Virus record (IMG/VR): IMGVR_UViG_3300024346_000009
Direction: 5' to 3' (one strand)
DNA from: a virus
Length of the DNA: 64,000 nt
Part shown: positions 29,402 through 40,663 of the stretch, one piece after another
Position numbering within the stretch: the stretch's first letter is position 1
How the letters are laid out: each line of letters opens with the position of its first letter
Notes under the pieces: generated by a model
Told to the model about the DNA's origin: nothing
What the model saw: the letters and a program-made list of their open reading frames with translations, nothing else
Database searches by the model: none
Made by a program: the position numbers and the translations under genes

Positions 29402-31468
29402 ATGCCATCGATCAATTTTCCATCCAGTCCCGCACTAAACGATGTATATGCGTTTGGCGGTAAGACTTGGGTATATAATGGAGCTGCTTGGGCTCTACAG
29501 GTAGTACCTCTTACAACTGCCAATGTAACTGAACTAACTAACCTATACTTTACCGACGCAAGAGCAAGAACAGCTATTTCGGTAACGGGTTCTGGTTCTT
29601 ATGATAATACAACTGGTGTCATTACTGTTACAGGTGGTGTTACCTCTGTCGGTGGTGCTTCTGGTACCATATCCAATGTACAGCTTGCATCCGCTGTATC
29701 CTCTACCGGTATTTTAACAACTTCAAACGTTGTTGAAGGTACCAATCTCTATCATACCACTACTCGGGCACGTGGTGCTCTTTTAGGTATTAATGGTATT
29801 ACATACGGTACATCTACTGGTAATATCGAGCTGTCTGCATCAGGTGTCTCTGCTACTACATACGGTGGTACTACTCAGATTCCAGTTCTGACTGTTGATA
29901 CTTTTGGTAGAATTACTTCTGCATCTAACATCACATTAACAAGCGGTGTTTCCTCAGTCAACGGTAGAACTGCTGCGGTTGTAGGGCTTGCAGAGACCGC
30001 AAACGCTCTGTCCCAGTTTGCTGCTACAACATCTGCAGAGCTAGCTGGTGTTATTTCTGATGAAACCGGTTCCGGTGCATTAGTATTTGGTACAAGCCCT
30101 GCAATTACTACCGCCTTAACTACTCCTAGCACAACTTTTGCTCTTGTCAATACTACAGCTACAACGGTTGATTTTGCTGGTGCAGGTACAACAGTTAATA
30201 TTGGTGCGGTAACAGGTAATACCAATATTAGAAATAGCTTGGTTGTTGCTGGTAACCTTGTTGTTCAAGGTACAACCACTACAGTTTCATCAACAACATT
30301 GGATGTCTCTGATAAGAACCTTACATTGGCAAAGGGTGCTGCTGATAGTGCAACCGCTGATGGTGCAGGTCTTACGATCGATGGAGCTGGTGCAACACTA
30401 AACTACGTACACGCTACAACCGCATTTACATCCAGCCAAGACCTTGATCTTGCTTCTGGTAAAGCACTAAAAATTAATAATACCAGTGTACTTAATGGTA
30501 CAACTCTTGGGTCAGGTGTTGTTAATTCCAGTCTAACATCTGTGGGCACAATTGGTACAGGTACATGGCAAGGTACATCAATTGGAACTGCATATACAGA
30601 TGCTAAAGTTACAGCGGTCGGTGGCGCAGTCGGTGCTGTTTCTAATGTAGAACTAGCGGCCGGTATTACATCTTCAGGGGTATTAACAACTGCCAACGTC
30701 GCAGAGGTTACAAACCTGTATTATACACAAGCAAGATTTGATACCGCCCTAGGTAACAAGACAACAGCAAACGTTGCCGAAGGTTCAAATCTTTACTTTA
30801 CAAATGCAAGATCACAAGCCGCACTTACCGTTACTGCAGGTAAAGCCTCATACGTAGGTGGTACACTAACGGTTACAGCTGCAAATGTTAATGTATCCAC
30901 CACTGCTCCATCCTCGCCAAACATTGGTGATGTATGGATTGATGATGATGCTAAATCATTCCTATATTTCAACGACGGTTCAAGTAATCAATGGGTTGAG
31001 CAAGCAACTGGTACATTTGTGGGATCAGGTGGCGGTGGTGTTACAGTATCTGATGATGTGGCTACTAATTCTACCTATTATCCTACATTAGCAACCATTA
31101 CCTCTGGTACGCTATCAGCAGCCAAAGTATCAACAACCAAGCTAACGTTTAATCCATCGTCCGGGTTGTTAACCTCTACTGATTATAACTCATCATCAGA
31201 TAAGAGATTAAAAAAGGGTATAAAGACTGTTGATTCTGCCTTAACAAAGGTTGAAGCACTGCGCGGTGTATCCTTTACATGGAAAGACAGTAACACAAAA
31301 GCAATTGGTATGATTGCCCAGGAAGTACAAGATGTATTGCCTGATGTGGTAACTACAGATGATGATGGTTACCTGGGTATTAAGTATACCAACGTGATTG
31401 GTGTTTTGGTTGAAGCTATTAAAGAGTTGAAAGCAGATTTCGAAGCCTATAAAAAAACACATCCTTAA
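29402..31468 (+). CDS. Tail fibre with C-terminal intramolecular chaperone (peptidase S74) domain
   Basis: SDKRLKK.I...L.GV.F.W...G.IAQEV..VLP.VV...Y..IGVLVEAIKEL from about 31196. Confidence 0.85.
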   Translation: MPSINFPSSPALNDVYAFGGKTWVYNGAAWALQVVPLTTANVTELTNLYFTDARARTAISVTGSGSYDNTTGVITVTGGVTSVGGASGTISNVQLASAVSSTGILTTSNVVEGTNLYHTTTRARGALLGINGITYGTSTGNIELSASGVSATTYGGTTQIPVLTVDTFGRITSASNITLTSGVSSVNGRTAAVVGLAETANALSQFAATTSAELAGVISDETGSGALVFGTSPAITTALTTPSTTFALVNTTATTVDFAGAGTTVNIGAVTGNTNIRNSLVVAGNLVVQGTTTTVSSTTLDVSDKNLTLAKGAADSATADGAGLTIDGAGATLNYVHATTAFTSSQDLDLASGKALKINNTSVLNGTTLGSGVVNSSLTSVGTIGTGTWQGTSIGTAYTDAKVTAVGGAVGAVSNVELAAGITSSGVLTTANVAEVTNLYYTQARFDTALGNKTTANVAEGSNLYFTNARSQAALTVTAGKASYVGGTLTVTAANVNVSTTAPSSPNIGDVWIDDDAKSFLYFNDGSSNQWVEQATGTFVGSGGGGVTVSDDVATNSTYYPTLATITSGTLSAAKVSTTKLTFNPSSGLLTSTDYNSSSDKRLKKGIKTVDSALTKVEALRGVSFTWKDSNTKAIGMIAQEVQDVLPDVVTTDDDGYLGIKYTNVIGVLVEAIKELKADFEAYKKTHP

Positions 31469-31473
31469 TACGT

Positions 31474-31481
31474 TATAAATA
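31474..31481 (+). promoter_or_regulatory. T4-type late promoter
   Basis: Intergenic TATAAATA. Confidence 0.75.
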
Positions 31482-31482
31482 T

Positions 31483-31518
31483 ATCAGGGAGTGAGTAAGA
31501 ACCTCCCTGATTTTTTTT
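31483..31518 (+). terminator. Terminator/attenuator-like hairpin
   Basis: ATCAGGGAG-11nt-CTCCCTGAT followed by a T-run. Confidence 0.6.
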
Positions 31519-31526
31519 GAAAGAAT

Positions 31527-34500
31527 ATGGCTTTAAATTTTCCTTCCACCCCAAGTGCAAACGCCGTATATACGTACAATGGTAGATCCTGGACGTATAA
31601 CGGCAATGCCTGGGCGCTGACGACAGCTGTCCTTGATACATCGGTAATTCCTGAGAGTGGAAACTTATATTTTACAAACGCTAGAGTTGTATCAGCTCTA
31701 ACCGCCGGCCAAAACATCACCCTAGATGGTAATGGTAGAATTAATGCCTCTGTATCTGGTGGAGGGGGTGGGGGCAATGTTGACTCTGTTGCAGGTGCAA
31801 CAGGTGCTGTATCTAACGTTCAAATTGCAGCTGCCGTATCTTCTTCAGGTATCTTAACAACTGCTAATATTGTTGAATTAACTAATTTATATTATACCCA
31901 AGCAAGATTTGATACTGCCTTAGGTAACAAGACAACGAGTAATGTTACCGAAGGAGCAAATTTATATTTTACAGATGCAAGAGTTTATTCTAATGTAACG
32001 TCACTTGGTTATATCACCTCAAGTGCATTATCTGGATACGCAACCAATACCCAGCTTGCCTCCTTTGCAACTACAACCAATGTATTATTAAAGTCTAATA
32101 TTACGGATTTAACAACAGCAAATGTTGTTGAACTGACCAATTTATACTTTACTAATGCACGTGTTTATTCCGCCGTTACCGGCAACTTAGCATTAAAGTC
32201 AAATGTAGCAGACCTGACGACCGCTAACGTATCTGAATTAACTAATCTGTATTACACTAATGCAAGAGTTTATTCTGCTGTTACTGGCAACCTGGCTCTT
32301 AAATCCAATGTTGTGGATCTAACGACATCTAATGTATCTGAATTAACTAACCTGTATTACACTGATGCAAGAGTCTATTCTAATGTCACTCAAAGATTGG
32401 CTAGCCTCGATACTAATGTCATACCAAGTGTATCAGAGGTATATAGCTTAGGTTCACCATCCTTTAAGTTTAAGGATCTTTATCTATCAGGTAATACCAT
32501 TTTATTGGGTGCTACTACACTGTCAAGTACAGATGACGGTCTGACTGTAAGTTCTATTAGGTCTAATGTCTGGAATGGTTTATATACCTCCAACGTTGTT
32601 GAAACAGCAGGTAACCTTTACTATACTAATGCTAGAGTTTATGCCGCGGTTACAGGAAATCTGGCTCTTAAATCTAATGTTGTAGATCTTACGACTGCTA
32701 ATGTAACAGAACTAACCAATCTTTACTATACCAACGCGCGCGTATATTCTGCGGTTACAGGCAACTTAGCTTTAAAATCAAATGTAGTAGATTTAACGAC
32801 AGCAAATGTAGCTGAACTAACTAATCTGTATTATACTGATGCAAGAGTCTATTCCGCGGTTACTGGTAATTTAGCACTTAAGTCAAATATAGCAGACCTA
32901 ACTACAGCCAATGTAACTGAGTTAAATAATTTATACTTTACAAATGCAAGAGTTTATTCTAATGTAACATCACTTGGTTATATTACATCAAGTGCGCTAA
33001 CTGGTTATGCGACCAATACCCAATTAACTTCTTTTGCTACTGTTTCGAACGTATTACTAAAAGCTAATATCACTGATCTCACAACAGCTAATGTATCTGA
33101 GTTAACCAACCTATACTTTACTGATGCAAGAGTTTATTCCGCGGTTACTGGTAACCTGGCCCTTAAATCGAATGTATCCGATCTTACAACAGCTAATGTA
33201 TCTGAATTAACTAACCTCTACTTTACCAATGCAAGAGTTGTATCAGCCCTAACTGCAGGTCAAAACATCACCCTGGATGCTAATGGCAGAATTAATTCTA
33301 CCGCTACTGGTGGTGCAGGGGGTAGTGTTGACTCTGTTGCTGGTGCAACAGGTAATATATCAAACGTACAACTAGCAGCCGGTATTACATCCTCAGGTAT
33401 CCTAACTACTGCCAATGTAGCTGAACTAACTAATCTATATTATACTAATGCCCGTGTATATTCTGCAGTTACAGGTAATTTAGCTTTAAAATCAAATATA
33501 GCAGACCTAACTACAGCCAATGTAGCTGAACTAACTAACCTATATTACACAGATGCAAGAGTATATTCTAATGTATCAGCGCTTGGTTACATTACTACTG
33601 CTTCACTATCAGGGTATGCTACAACCTCATATGTAGGGAATGCACTTGCAAACTTAGTTGCTTCTGCTCCTGCCTCACTTGATACACTTAATGAATTAGC
33701 AACAGCATTAGGTAATGATAATAATTTCTCAACAACAGTACTTACCTATATTGGTACAAAAGCAAATACTGTCAGCTTGACAACAGCCAACGTATCTGAA
33801 CTAACCAATTTATACTTTACAAATGCAAGATCTATTGCAGCACTAACTGCAGGTCAGAGCATTACTATAGATGCTAATGGTAGAATTAATTCCTCAGCTG
33901 TTGGTGGCTCATCCTATGGTGATTCAAACGTCGCACTACTAGGTTATGCTACTAATGCCAACGTTGCATTAAAGGCTAATACCGCCGACCTTACCACAGC
34001 CAATGTTGTAGAGTTAACCAATCTGTACTATACTAACGCACGAGTATATTCGAATGTAGTGTCTATCGGCTATATTACTTCAAGTGCATTATCTGGATAT
34101 GCGACTAATAGTCAACTTGCATCTTACGCAACTAATGCGCAACTAACCTCTTACCAAACACTTGCTAATGCAACTTTAAAAGCTAACGTTACCGATCTTA
34201 CAACTGCTAATGTTGTTGAGTTAACCAATTTATACTTTACAAACGCAAGAGTTTATTCTGCAGTTACAGGTAACTTGGTATTAAAAGCCAATATTGCTGA
34301 CCTTACAACAGCAAATGTTACTGAAGTTACCAACTTATACTTTACAAATGCAAGAGTCTATTCTAATGTAACGTCCCTTGGTTATATTACCTCAAGTGCA
34401 CTAACTGGTTATGCAACTAATACTCAATTAACTTCTTATGTAACCTCAGCTAGTCTAACAACAGCCAATGTATCTGAACTAACTAATTTATACTTTACAA

Positions 34501-35555
34501 ACGCAAGAGTTTATTCTGCAGTTACAGGTAACTTGGCATTAAAAGCCAATATTGCTGACCTTACAACAGCAAATGTTACTGAGCTAACTAATTTATACTT
34601 TACCAACGCAAGATCAATTGCGGCCTTGACAGCAGGTCAAAGTATTACTATAGATGCTAATGGTAGGATTAATTCCTCAGCTGTTGGCGGTGGCGGTGGT
34701 TCGACCTATGGTGATTCAAACGTAGCAGCGCTAGGGTATGCAACAAATGCTAACGTTGCATTAAAAGCCAATATTACAGATCTCACCACGGCAAATGTTA
34801 CCGAGGTTACAAACTTATATTACACACAAGCAAGATTTGATACCGCTCTAGGTAACAAGACAACGAGTAATGTTACCGAAGGAACAAATTTATACTTTAC
34901 AAACGCAAGAGTTTATTCTGCAGTTACAGGTAACTTAGCATTAAAGTCTAATGTAACAGACTTAACGACAGCAAACGTATCCGAGTTAACAAATCTGTAT
35001 TATACTAATGCCAGAGTCTATTCTAATGTAACGTCGCTTGGTTATATTACAGCAAGCTCATTATCAGGCTATGCAACTAATACACAATTAGCTTCTTTTA
35101 TAACTTCAGCTAGCCTGACAACAGCGAATGTATCTGAACTAACTAATCTGTATTTTACAAACGCAAGAGTTTATTCATCCTTAACTGCAGGTGCAGGTAT
35201 ATCAATATCCAGTGGTACAATAAGTGCTGCACCTAGAATTGTTGCAATTACTGATGCAGCCTCGGTAACCATTGACGGTGATACAACAGATATTGCCACT
35301 CAAGTTAATACCCAGGCTGTAGGTACACTCACTATTAATGCTGTAACCGGTACATTAAGTAATGGCCAAAAGATTATTTTTAGACTACAATCTACGAACG
35401 TCCAAACGTTTAGCTGGAATGCTGTCTTTGTAGGATCAACTGATCTGGCTCTACCAACGGTATCATCGGGTGCCAGTAAGTATGATTATGTAGGGTTCAT
35501 GTACAATACGACTGCATCAAAATGGCAGTTGTTGGCTAAGAATTTTGGGTTTTAA
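31527..35555 (+). CDS. Long repeat fibre protein
   Basis: Many LTTANVxELTNLY(F/Y)T(N/D)ARVYS repeats, AP..LDTLNELA.ALG.D.NF module, C-terminal tip domain. Confidence 0.78.
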   Translation: MALNFPSTPSANAVYTYNGRSWTYNGNAWALTTAVLDTSVIPESGNLYFTNARVVSALTAGQNITLDGNGRINASVSGGGGGGNVDSVAGATGAVSNVQIAAAVSSSGILTTANIVELTNLYYTQARFDTALGNKTTSNVTEGANLYFTDARVYSNVTSLGYITSSALSGYATNTQLASFATTTNVLLKSNITDLTTANVVELTNLYFTNARVYSAVTGNLALKSNVADLTTANVSELTNLYYTNARVYSAVTGNLALKSNVVDLTTSNVSELTNLYYTDARVYSNVTQRLASLDTNVIPSVSEVYSLGSPSFKFKDLYLSGNTILLGATTLSSTDDGLTVSSIRSNVWNGLYTSNVVETAGNLYYTNARVYAAVTGNLALKSNVVDLTTANVTELTNLYYTNARVYSAVTGNLALKSNVVDLTTANVAELTNLYYTDARVYSAVTGNLALKSNIADLTTANVTELNNLYFTNARVYSNVTSLGYITSSALTGYATNTQLTSFATVSNVLLKANITDLTTANVSELTNLYFTDARVYSAVTGNLALKSNVSDLTTANVSELTNLYFTNARVVSALTAGQNITLDANGRINSTATGGAGGSVDSVAGATGNISNVQLAAGITSSGILTTANVAELTNLYYTNARVYSAVTGNLALKSNIADLTTANVAELTNLYYTDARVYSNVSALGYITTASLSGYATTSYVGNALANLVASAPASLDTLNELATALGNDNNFSTTVLTYIGTKANTVSLTTANVSELTNLYFTNARSIAALTAGQSITIDANGRINSSAVGGSSYGDSNVALLGYATNANVALKANTADLTTANVVELTNLYYTNARVYSNVVSIGYITSSALSGYATNSQLASYATNAQLTSYQTLANATLKANVTDLTTANVVELTNLYFTNARVYSAVTGNLVLKANIADLTTANVTEVTNLYFTNARVYSNVTSLGYITSSALTGYATNTQLTSYVTSASLTTANVSELTNLYFTNARVYSAVTGNLALKANIADLTTANVTELTNLYFTNARSIAALTAGQSITIDANGRINSSAVGGGGGSTYGDSNVAALGYATNANVALKANITDLTTANVTEVTNLYYTQARFDTALGNKTTSNVTEGTNLYFTNARVYSAVTGNLALKSNVTDLTTANVSELTNLYYTNARVYSNVTSLGYITASSLSGYATNTQLASFITSASLTTANVSELTNLYFTNARVYSSLTAGAGISISSGTISAAPRIVAITDAASVTIDGDTTDIATQVNTQAVGTLTINAVTGTLSNGQKIIFRLQSTNVQTFSWNAVFVGSTDLALPTVSSGASKYDYVGFMYNTTASKWQLLAKNFGF
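31855..35180 (+). repeat. Imperfect coding repeat of about 35 aa (LTTANVSELTNLYFTNARVYSAVTGNLALKSN)
   Basis: More than 20 degenerate copies; shared with ORFs at 22595, 28395, 28760, 29402. Confidence 0.88.
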
Positions 35556-35573
35556 ATTATTAAGGAGTAAATT

Positions 35574-35846
35574 ATGGCAGATATTATCAATAACGTCAAC
35601 GGGATGGTACAGATTATTTTTGAGAGAACTACAAGTGATGGATTAAAATATAGAGATTCATTATTGTTTGCTCAATCCGCATATGATAGTATGACCCCAG
35701 AATCAATTTCTGCATTACAACAGGCAAAATTTGAACGGTGGGTTGCCATGGTAACCGGTACAGCCGTTGATGAGCCAGAACCCGTTGATGAATCAGCTCC
35801 TGTTGAAGAAGCAGCACCAATTGATGACCCAACTGTAGAGACATAA
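35574..35846 (+). CDS. Small acidic fibre-associated protein
   Basis: SD AAGGAG; acidic Pro-rich tail; lies between fibre tip and adhesin. Confidence 0.55.
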   Translation: MADIINNVNGMVQIIFERTTSDGLKYRDSLLFAQSAYDSMTPESISALQQAKFERWVAMVTGTAVDEPEPVDESAPVEEAAPIDDPTVET

Positions 35847-35848
35847 CA

Positions 35849-38800
35849 ATGGCAGCAAAATATTGGCTATTAGCTGGTACAGGTACCTGGTCAACAATAA
35901 CTACACCGTGGCGCACTGCTGATGCCGGTTCAACCCTGGTCGCTGCCCCAACATCTGTCGACGATGTATATTTTAATACTGTTAACCCCGGAACTGTTAC
36001 CCTATCTGGTACCCTGAGCTGTAAGAGTTTAAACATTAACACCGGTAGTGCAATGACCTTTACTGGCACCGGTACCGTGCAAATATCAGGTAATATAACA
36101 GTTCCAAGTAATATTACCTGGAATGGTACGGGTAATATGAACATAGTTGGTACTAACATTACTCACGAAATTTACTTCGTTCCTGCTACAGGGGGACCAC
36201 CCCTTGCGTTATCCGGAGCGGGGGGTGTGCATAATTGGAATTCTGGGTATACAACCAGACTATTAACATCAGCCTTCAGTTTCGCTGGTGCCCAAACCGG
36301 TGCTGTACTTAATATGAATGACAATACATTCACAGTTGGCACCTTTACTTCCTCCGGTACTTCTTCCAGAACAATTAATTTTGGAGGCTATAGCGGTGCC
36401 ATATACACTGTTACAACCACAGCCGCTACTGTTAATGTAAATTGCGCTGATGCTACTTTACTGACTGTTACGGGTACGGCAAATTTATATGCCACAATGA
36501 ATGTAAGCCGTGTTTTTTCCCTTGGTACCACATCATCCACAGCATTTCAAACCACTGGGTTTAATTTAACCATAATTAGCGGGGCTAGTACAGTTCTTAT
36601 AACTACAGCAGGTTGGGTAAGAAACCTCAATCTTTCAGGCTATACCGGCCTCATTACAGCTGTAACTACCCTTAACATAACTACAGCTTTCTCGGCACCG
36701 GACACGGGTGGCGCACTTACAGGGCTTAATATTACAACAAGAGGAAGCGTTGGCGAGGTTTATTTTTACGGAAAAGGTAGGACTCTAGGTGCAATTGTCT
36801 TTAATATGGGTGCACTTACAGCGGTGTATTGTGATAGTTTCAATTGTTTAACAATTACCCAGACCTCTGGGTACATAGATTGGTATTATGCTACAATAAT
36901 CTGTTCATCAACTATTTCATGGACTGGTACAGCGGCTAACTCATTATGGACAAATGGCGTAACAATTTCCTGTACACAATTCAATTTATCAGGTGCTACA
37001 GCTTACATTGAAATTGAATTCATGACTATAAATTGTTCGTCTGGTGTAAGCCATACCAGCGGAACTCTTAGACTAAAAGATGGTGCACTTAATTTAGGTA
37101 ACGGTACCTCTACTGGTAGCTATGTTTTTGGCGGCGGTACTCTCGACCTAAATGATCGGGTACTGACGGCAATAAATACATTTTCTTCATCTGCCTCAAG
37201 TACCCGAACAATCAGTACCGGTACGTATAACACCGGCTACATAGTGTGCAGGGCAGTCCAGATGAGTACCCTTACAGGTTTTACTTGGACGAATGGGAAC
37301 GTGGGGTTTTTTGAAATTAGTGCAACTGCAACCGCAGCAACGTCCGTTATTCTCAACGTTGGAGTATCCGCCGCCGGTCTTACGGCCACTAATAGACCTA
37401 GTGTTAGATTTACTACCCTCAACGTTGGAATATCTGGTCCTAATATTAATGGCTATTTTGACACTTTAGATTTTGGAACAATAGACACTTCTGTTGGTGC
37501 GCCAACATTTTGTAATGCTAGAAACTTAGTCATATCAGCAACTGGTAATTTTACTGCATTTAATGCAACCATTGGTACTAGTACCACAGGGGCAGGCTTT
37601 TGGGGTAATAACAATCTTATAGGTTCCTTGACGGTAACTGGTACTTTTGGTACGAATGTGGGTATGTATGGCACGTGCCGTGTGACAAACTGGACTACCC
37701 AGTCTGGTGATCTATTTTCTTCGGCTTACCCGTACGGTTATGACAGTATAATTGTGACGGGTTCCTGGTCATGGAATAGCACTAATTTTAGAATACATCA
37801 AACCCCGTACGAGTCTGCGCCAGACATTACATGTGTAACATGCAGTTTATCAAACACAACTTGGAACCCACAATGGCCTACAAATTTTACTTGTACAGGT
37901 ACCATTAATGTTAGTCTCGCTGCTCAATTTTATCAAGGAGCTTCTGCGAATGGTTTTAATACCTGTACAAGTATAAATCAATCTGGGACAGGAAGTTTGG
38001 TAAATTTGACGGGATTTATTTTAACTGGGGGTTATACCCATACTGCAGGAACACTAAATTTAAACGGGTATAATTTAGATATTGCTACAACTTACAGCGC
38101 CACTGGTAGTCTAACTAGAGTTTTAAATTTCGGTGGTGGGTTTATAGTTCTCAACTCCACAGGCAGTAGTGCTTTAAGTGCCACATCTATTACAAATATG
38201 ACAACCGACCAAACAGGTGGGTTTACTACAACAGGTGGTGCCAGCCGAAAAAATATTGATTGGGGATCAACTGGTGGTTCAATTGCCAATGCAGTATCTT
38301 TTTATATGACAGGAGGTGGTGGTTTATATCCAAATATTACTACTGGTAGTTGGTTCAAGGTACTTGACCTATCAGGATTAGATAACTCCTCCACAACTGC
38401 AACCGCTAGATCTATTAATATTACCGAGGGGTTAATTCTTCCTCCAACTGGTGGAGGTGTTAGTTATAATTTTAGTAATTGGACTGTTGTGTTTCAAGGA
38501 CCTACACTTGCATCAGGTATAACGGGTTATTTAAATTTAAATGATAATATAAATCAATCAACAGGTACGTTAGCGTCATTAGCGTTTAATATGACAGGTA
38601 CAGTACGTTTAGACACTGAAGTATCCGTTGGCCCTTCTGGGTCAAGTGTTACGGGGATAACAACACTTACCCAGGGCACTCTTGACATGAATGGGCAAAA
38701 TTTATACACTAATACTTTTTCCTCTAGCAATACAAATACAAGAGCAATCCTGTTTAGCGGTAACATATACATAACCTCCACCAACAGCGCTGGTCCTATA

Positions 38801-40651
38801 ACCATGACCAATGCTACTAACTGTACCATTGCACCAGGTTCAGCTGGTGGTTTTTTTGTAGCCATGAATATAAATAAATTAATGGATTTTGGTTCTTCCG
38901 GGGGCAATCTGCAGCCATTTGCCCCTAATCTTACTTTTACAGTCCAAAGTAGCGCAGCAGTCATCCCCGTACCTACCTTTGTTTCAGGCAGCTATTTTGG
39001 TGCCTTAGATATATCAGTTTCCTCGGCTACCATACCTTTTGCCAATTTAAATGCTACGTCTATAAATTTAGGGACTGGTAATTACTCTAGTATCCTCCTC
39101 ACGATGTATGGAACAGGTTCTATTTCAGCTCCTGTGGACCAACAACTTGGAGGGTTAACAATAGGTAATGGAAGCGCGATAACAACAACTTTAAATGTAA
39201 GTTTAAGGGCAACCCAACTTGTTGTTGCTAATGGTAGTACACTAAACACACAAGGGTACTCTTTAACCTCTGTTACTAATCAATTAATAGGTGATATACA
39301 ATTAGGCGGGGGTACGTTTGCGGCAGGTACTAGTGTCACCCATGTCTTAGGTACAGTGTCATTACAAGGTGGTATACTTAGTACCGTGGGTTATACGCTT
39401 ACAACGGGTACAATAGATTTAGGTACAGGTGGAACTTTAAGTACACAAACGTTTACTTCATCAAGTTCATCTTCAAGAGCCATTAACGGGACAGGTACGG
39501 TTAATTGTGCAGGTAATTGGTCGGTGACAAATGGTGCTACCTTTACCAAAGATTCCAATTACACATTAAACATGAGTAGCACAAGTGCGAAGACATTTGC
39601 AGGTGGTGGGGGAACGTACGGAAACCTTGTACAAACCGGCGCTGGTACCTTAACTATTACAGGATCTAATACATTCAATGATGTACAGCAGAATTTAGTA
39701 GCACCCGCTGCTGCCAGCCAGGCGTTATATGATACACCTGGGTGGTATTTCTGGACTGTCCCGGCTGGGGTTTACAGTATCAGTGCAGTAGCAATTGGAG
39801 GGGGAGGGGGAGCTTTCTGGGGTCCTGGACATCTTTCCAGCTCACCTGGAGGAGGCGGTGGGGGGCTATCTTACGGTAACTCCATGTCAGTATTCCCTGG
39901 CCAAGTTCTTACAGTGATTGTTGGAGCTGGAGGTGATGGGAGAGCAAATGGACCTTCTTTAACTTACCCTAATCTTGGAAATTCTGGAGGAACAAGTATC
40001 CTGAGTAGCAGTAATACCCCGTGGATATCCGGTGGAGGGGGTGTAGCGGGTACTTACCAAACCACCACTTCTAACCCTGGAGGTGCAGGAGGTGCCAGTG
40101 GTGGTACTTTACGCACAGGGGGATTTGCCGGGGGCTCAGGAGGCTCAGTTAGTGCTGACAATATGCCAGGAGCCGGTGGTGGTGGTGCCGGGGGATATTC
40201 TGGTGTGGGTGGTAGTGCTACTGCTGTAACAGTTGTAACTGGTCATGCAGGTAATGCAGCAGCAGCCGGCGGAGGGGGAGGGGGCTCGGGTGGCTCTGGT
40301 AGTACAGTTCAATTTGGTGGTGCTGCAGGTGGTGGAGTAGGTGCACAGGGCATAGGATCCACTGGCGCAGGTGGTCCAATAAGTAATCTCTTGAATTGGT
40401 ACGATGGTGGTGGAGGTGGAGGATCAGGAGGCGCCGTAGGAGGAGGTCCAGCTGATGATGGATCCATTGGTCAAGAGGGCGCCGGTAGAGGTGGAGGATA
40501 CGGGGGTGGAGGTGGAGGCGGTGCAGATGATGGTACTGCAGCAGAGGGTAATAATTGGCACGTAGGAGGATCACCATTTGGCGGTCACGGTGCTGTTCGT
40601 ATTATATGGGGTACCGGACGTTCTTTCCCAAGTGCAGCAGCAGATGTATAA
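35849..40651 (+). CDS. Giant beta-helical adhesin-like protein with C-terminal polyglycine domain
   Basis: Repeated GTL(D/N)(L/M)N...FSSS...R.I modules, GAGTLTITGSNTF strand, then TVPAGV.SIS.VAIGGGGG...GAVRIIWG. Confidence 0.7.
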   Translation: MAAKYWLLAGTGTWSTITTPWRTADAGSTLVAAPTSVDDVYFNTVNPGTVTLSGTLSCKSLNINTGSAMTFTGTGTVQISGNITVPSNITWNGTGNMNIVGTNITHEIYFVPATGGPPLALSGAGGVHNWNSGYTTRLLTSAFSFAGAQTGAVLNMNDNTFTVGTFTSSGTSSRTINFGGYSGAIYTVTTTAATVNVNCADATLLTVTGTANLYATMNVSRVFSLGTTSSTAFQTTGFNLTIISGASTVLITTAGWVRNLNLSGYTGLITAVTTLNITTAFSAPDTGGALTGLNITTRGSVGEVYFYGKGRTLGAIVFNMGALTAVYCDSFNCLTITQTSGYIDWYYATIICSSTISWTGTAANSLWTNGVTISCTQFNLSGATAYIEIEFMTINCSSGVSHTSGTLRLKDGALNLGNGTSTGSYVFGGGTLDLNDRVLTAINTFSSSASSTRTISTGTYNTGYIVCRAVQMSTLTGFTWTNGNVGFFEISATATAATSVILNVGVSAAGLTATNRPSVRFTTLNVGISGPNINGYFDTLDFGTIDTSVGAPTFCNARNLVISATGNFTAFNATIGTSTTGAGFWGNNNLIGSLTVTGTFGTNVGMYGTCRVTNWTTQSGDLFSSAYPYGYDSIIVTGSWSWNSTNFRIHQTPYESAPDITCVTCSLSNTTWNPQWPTNFTCTGTINVSLAAQFYQGASANGFNTCTSINQSGTGSLVNLTGFILTGGYTHTAGTLNLNGYNLDIATTYSATGSLTRVLNFGGGFIVLNSTGSSALSATSITNMTTDQTGGFTTTGGASRKNIDWGSTGGSIANAVSFYMTGGGGLYPNITTGSWFKVLDLSGLDNSSTTATARSINITEGLILPPTGGGVSYNFSNWTVVFQGPTLASGITGYLNLNDNINQSTGTLASLAFNMTGTVRLDTEVSVGPSGSSVTGITTLTQGTLDMNGQNLYTNTFSSSNTNTRAILFSGNIYITSTNSAGPITMTNATNCTIAPGSAGGFFVAMNINKLMDFGSSGGNLQPFAPNLTFTVQSSAAVIPVPTFVSGSYFGALDISVSSATIPFANLNATSINLGTGNYSSILLTMYGTGSISAPVDQQLGGLTIGNGSAITTTLNVSLRATQLVVANGSTLNTQGYSLTSVTNQLIGDIQLGGGTFAAGTSVTHVLGTVSLQGGILSTVGYTLTTGTIDLGTGGTLSTQTFTSSSSSSRAINGTGTVNCAGNWSVTNGATFTKDSNYTLNMSSTSAKTFAGGGGTYGNLVQTGAGTLTITGSNTFNDVQQNLVAPAAASQALYDTPGWYFWTVPAGVYSISAVAIGGGGGAFWGPGHLSSSPGGGGGGLSYGNSMSVFPGQVLTVIVGAGGDGRANGPSLTYPNLGNSGGTSILSSSNTPWISGGGGVAGTYQTTTSNPGGAGGASGGTLRTGGFAGGSGGSVSADNMPGAGGGGAGGYSGVGGSATAVTVVTGHAGNAAAAGGGGGGSGGSGSTVQFGGAAGGGVGAQGIGSTGAGGPISNLLNWYDGGGGGGSGGAVGGGPADDGSIGQEGAGRGGGYGGGGGGGADDGTAAEGNNWHVGGSPFGGHGAVRIIWGTGRSFPSAAADV

Positions 40652-40663
40652 TAGAGTATAGTC

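Noticed and set aside
19300-35555. Diversity-generating retroelement or invertible shufflon, suggested by the Mtd-N-like domain and twin adhesins
   Set aside because: No reverse transcriptase, invertase, inverted repeats or adenine-specific template/variable repeat pair seen
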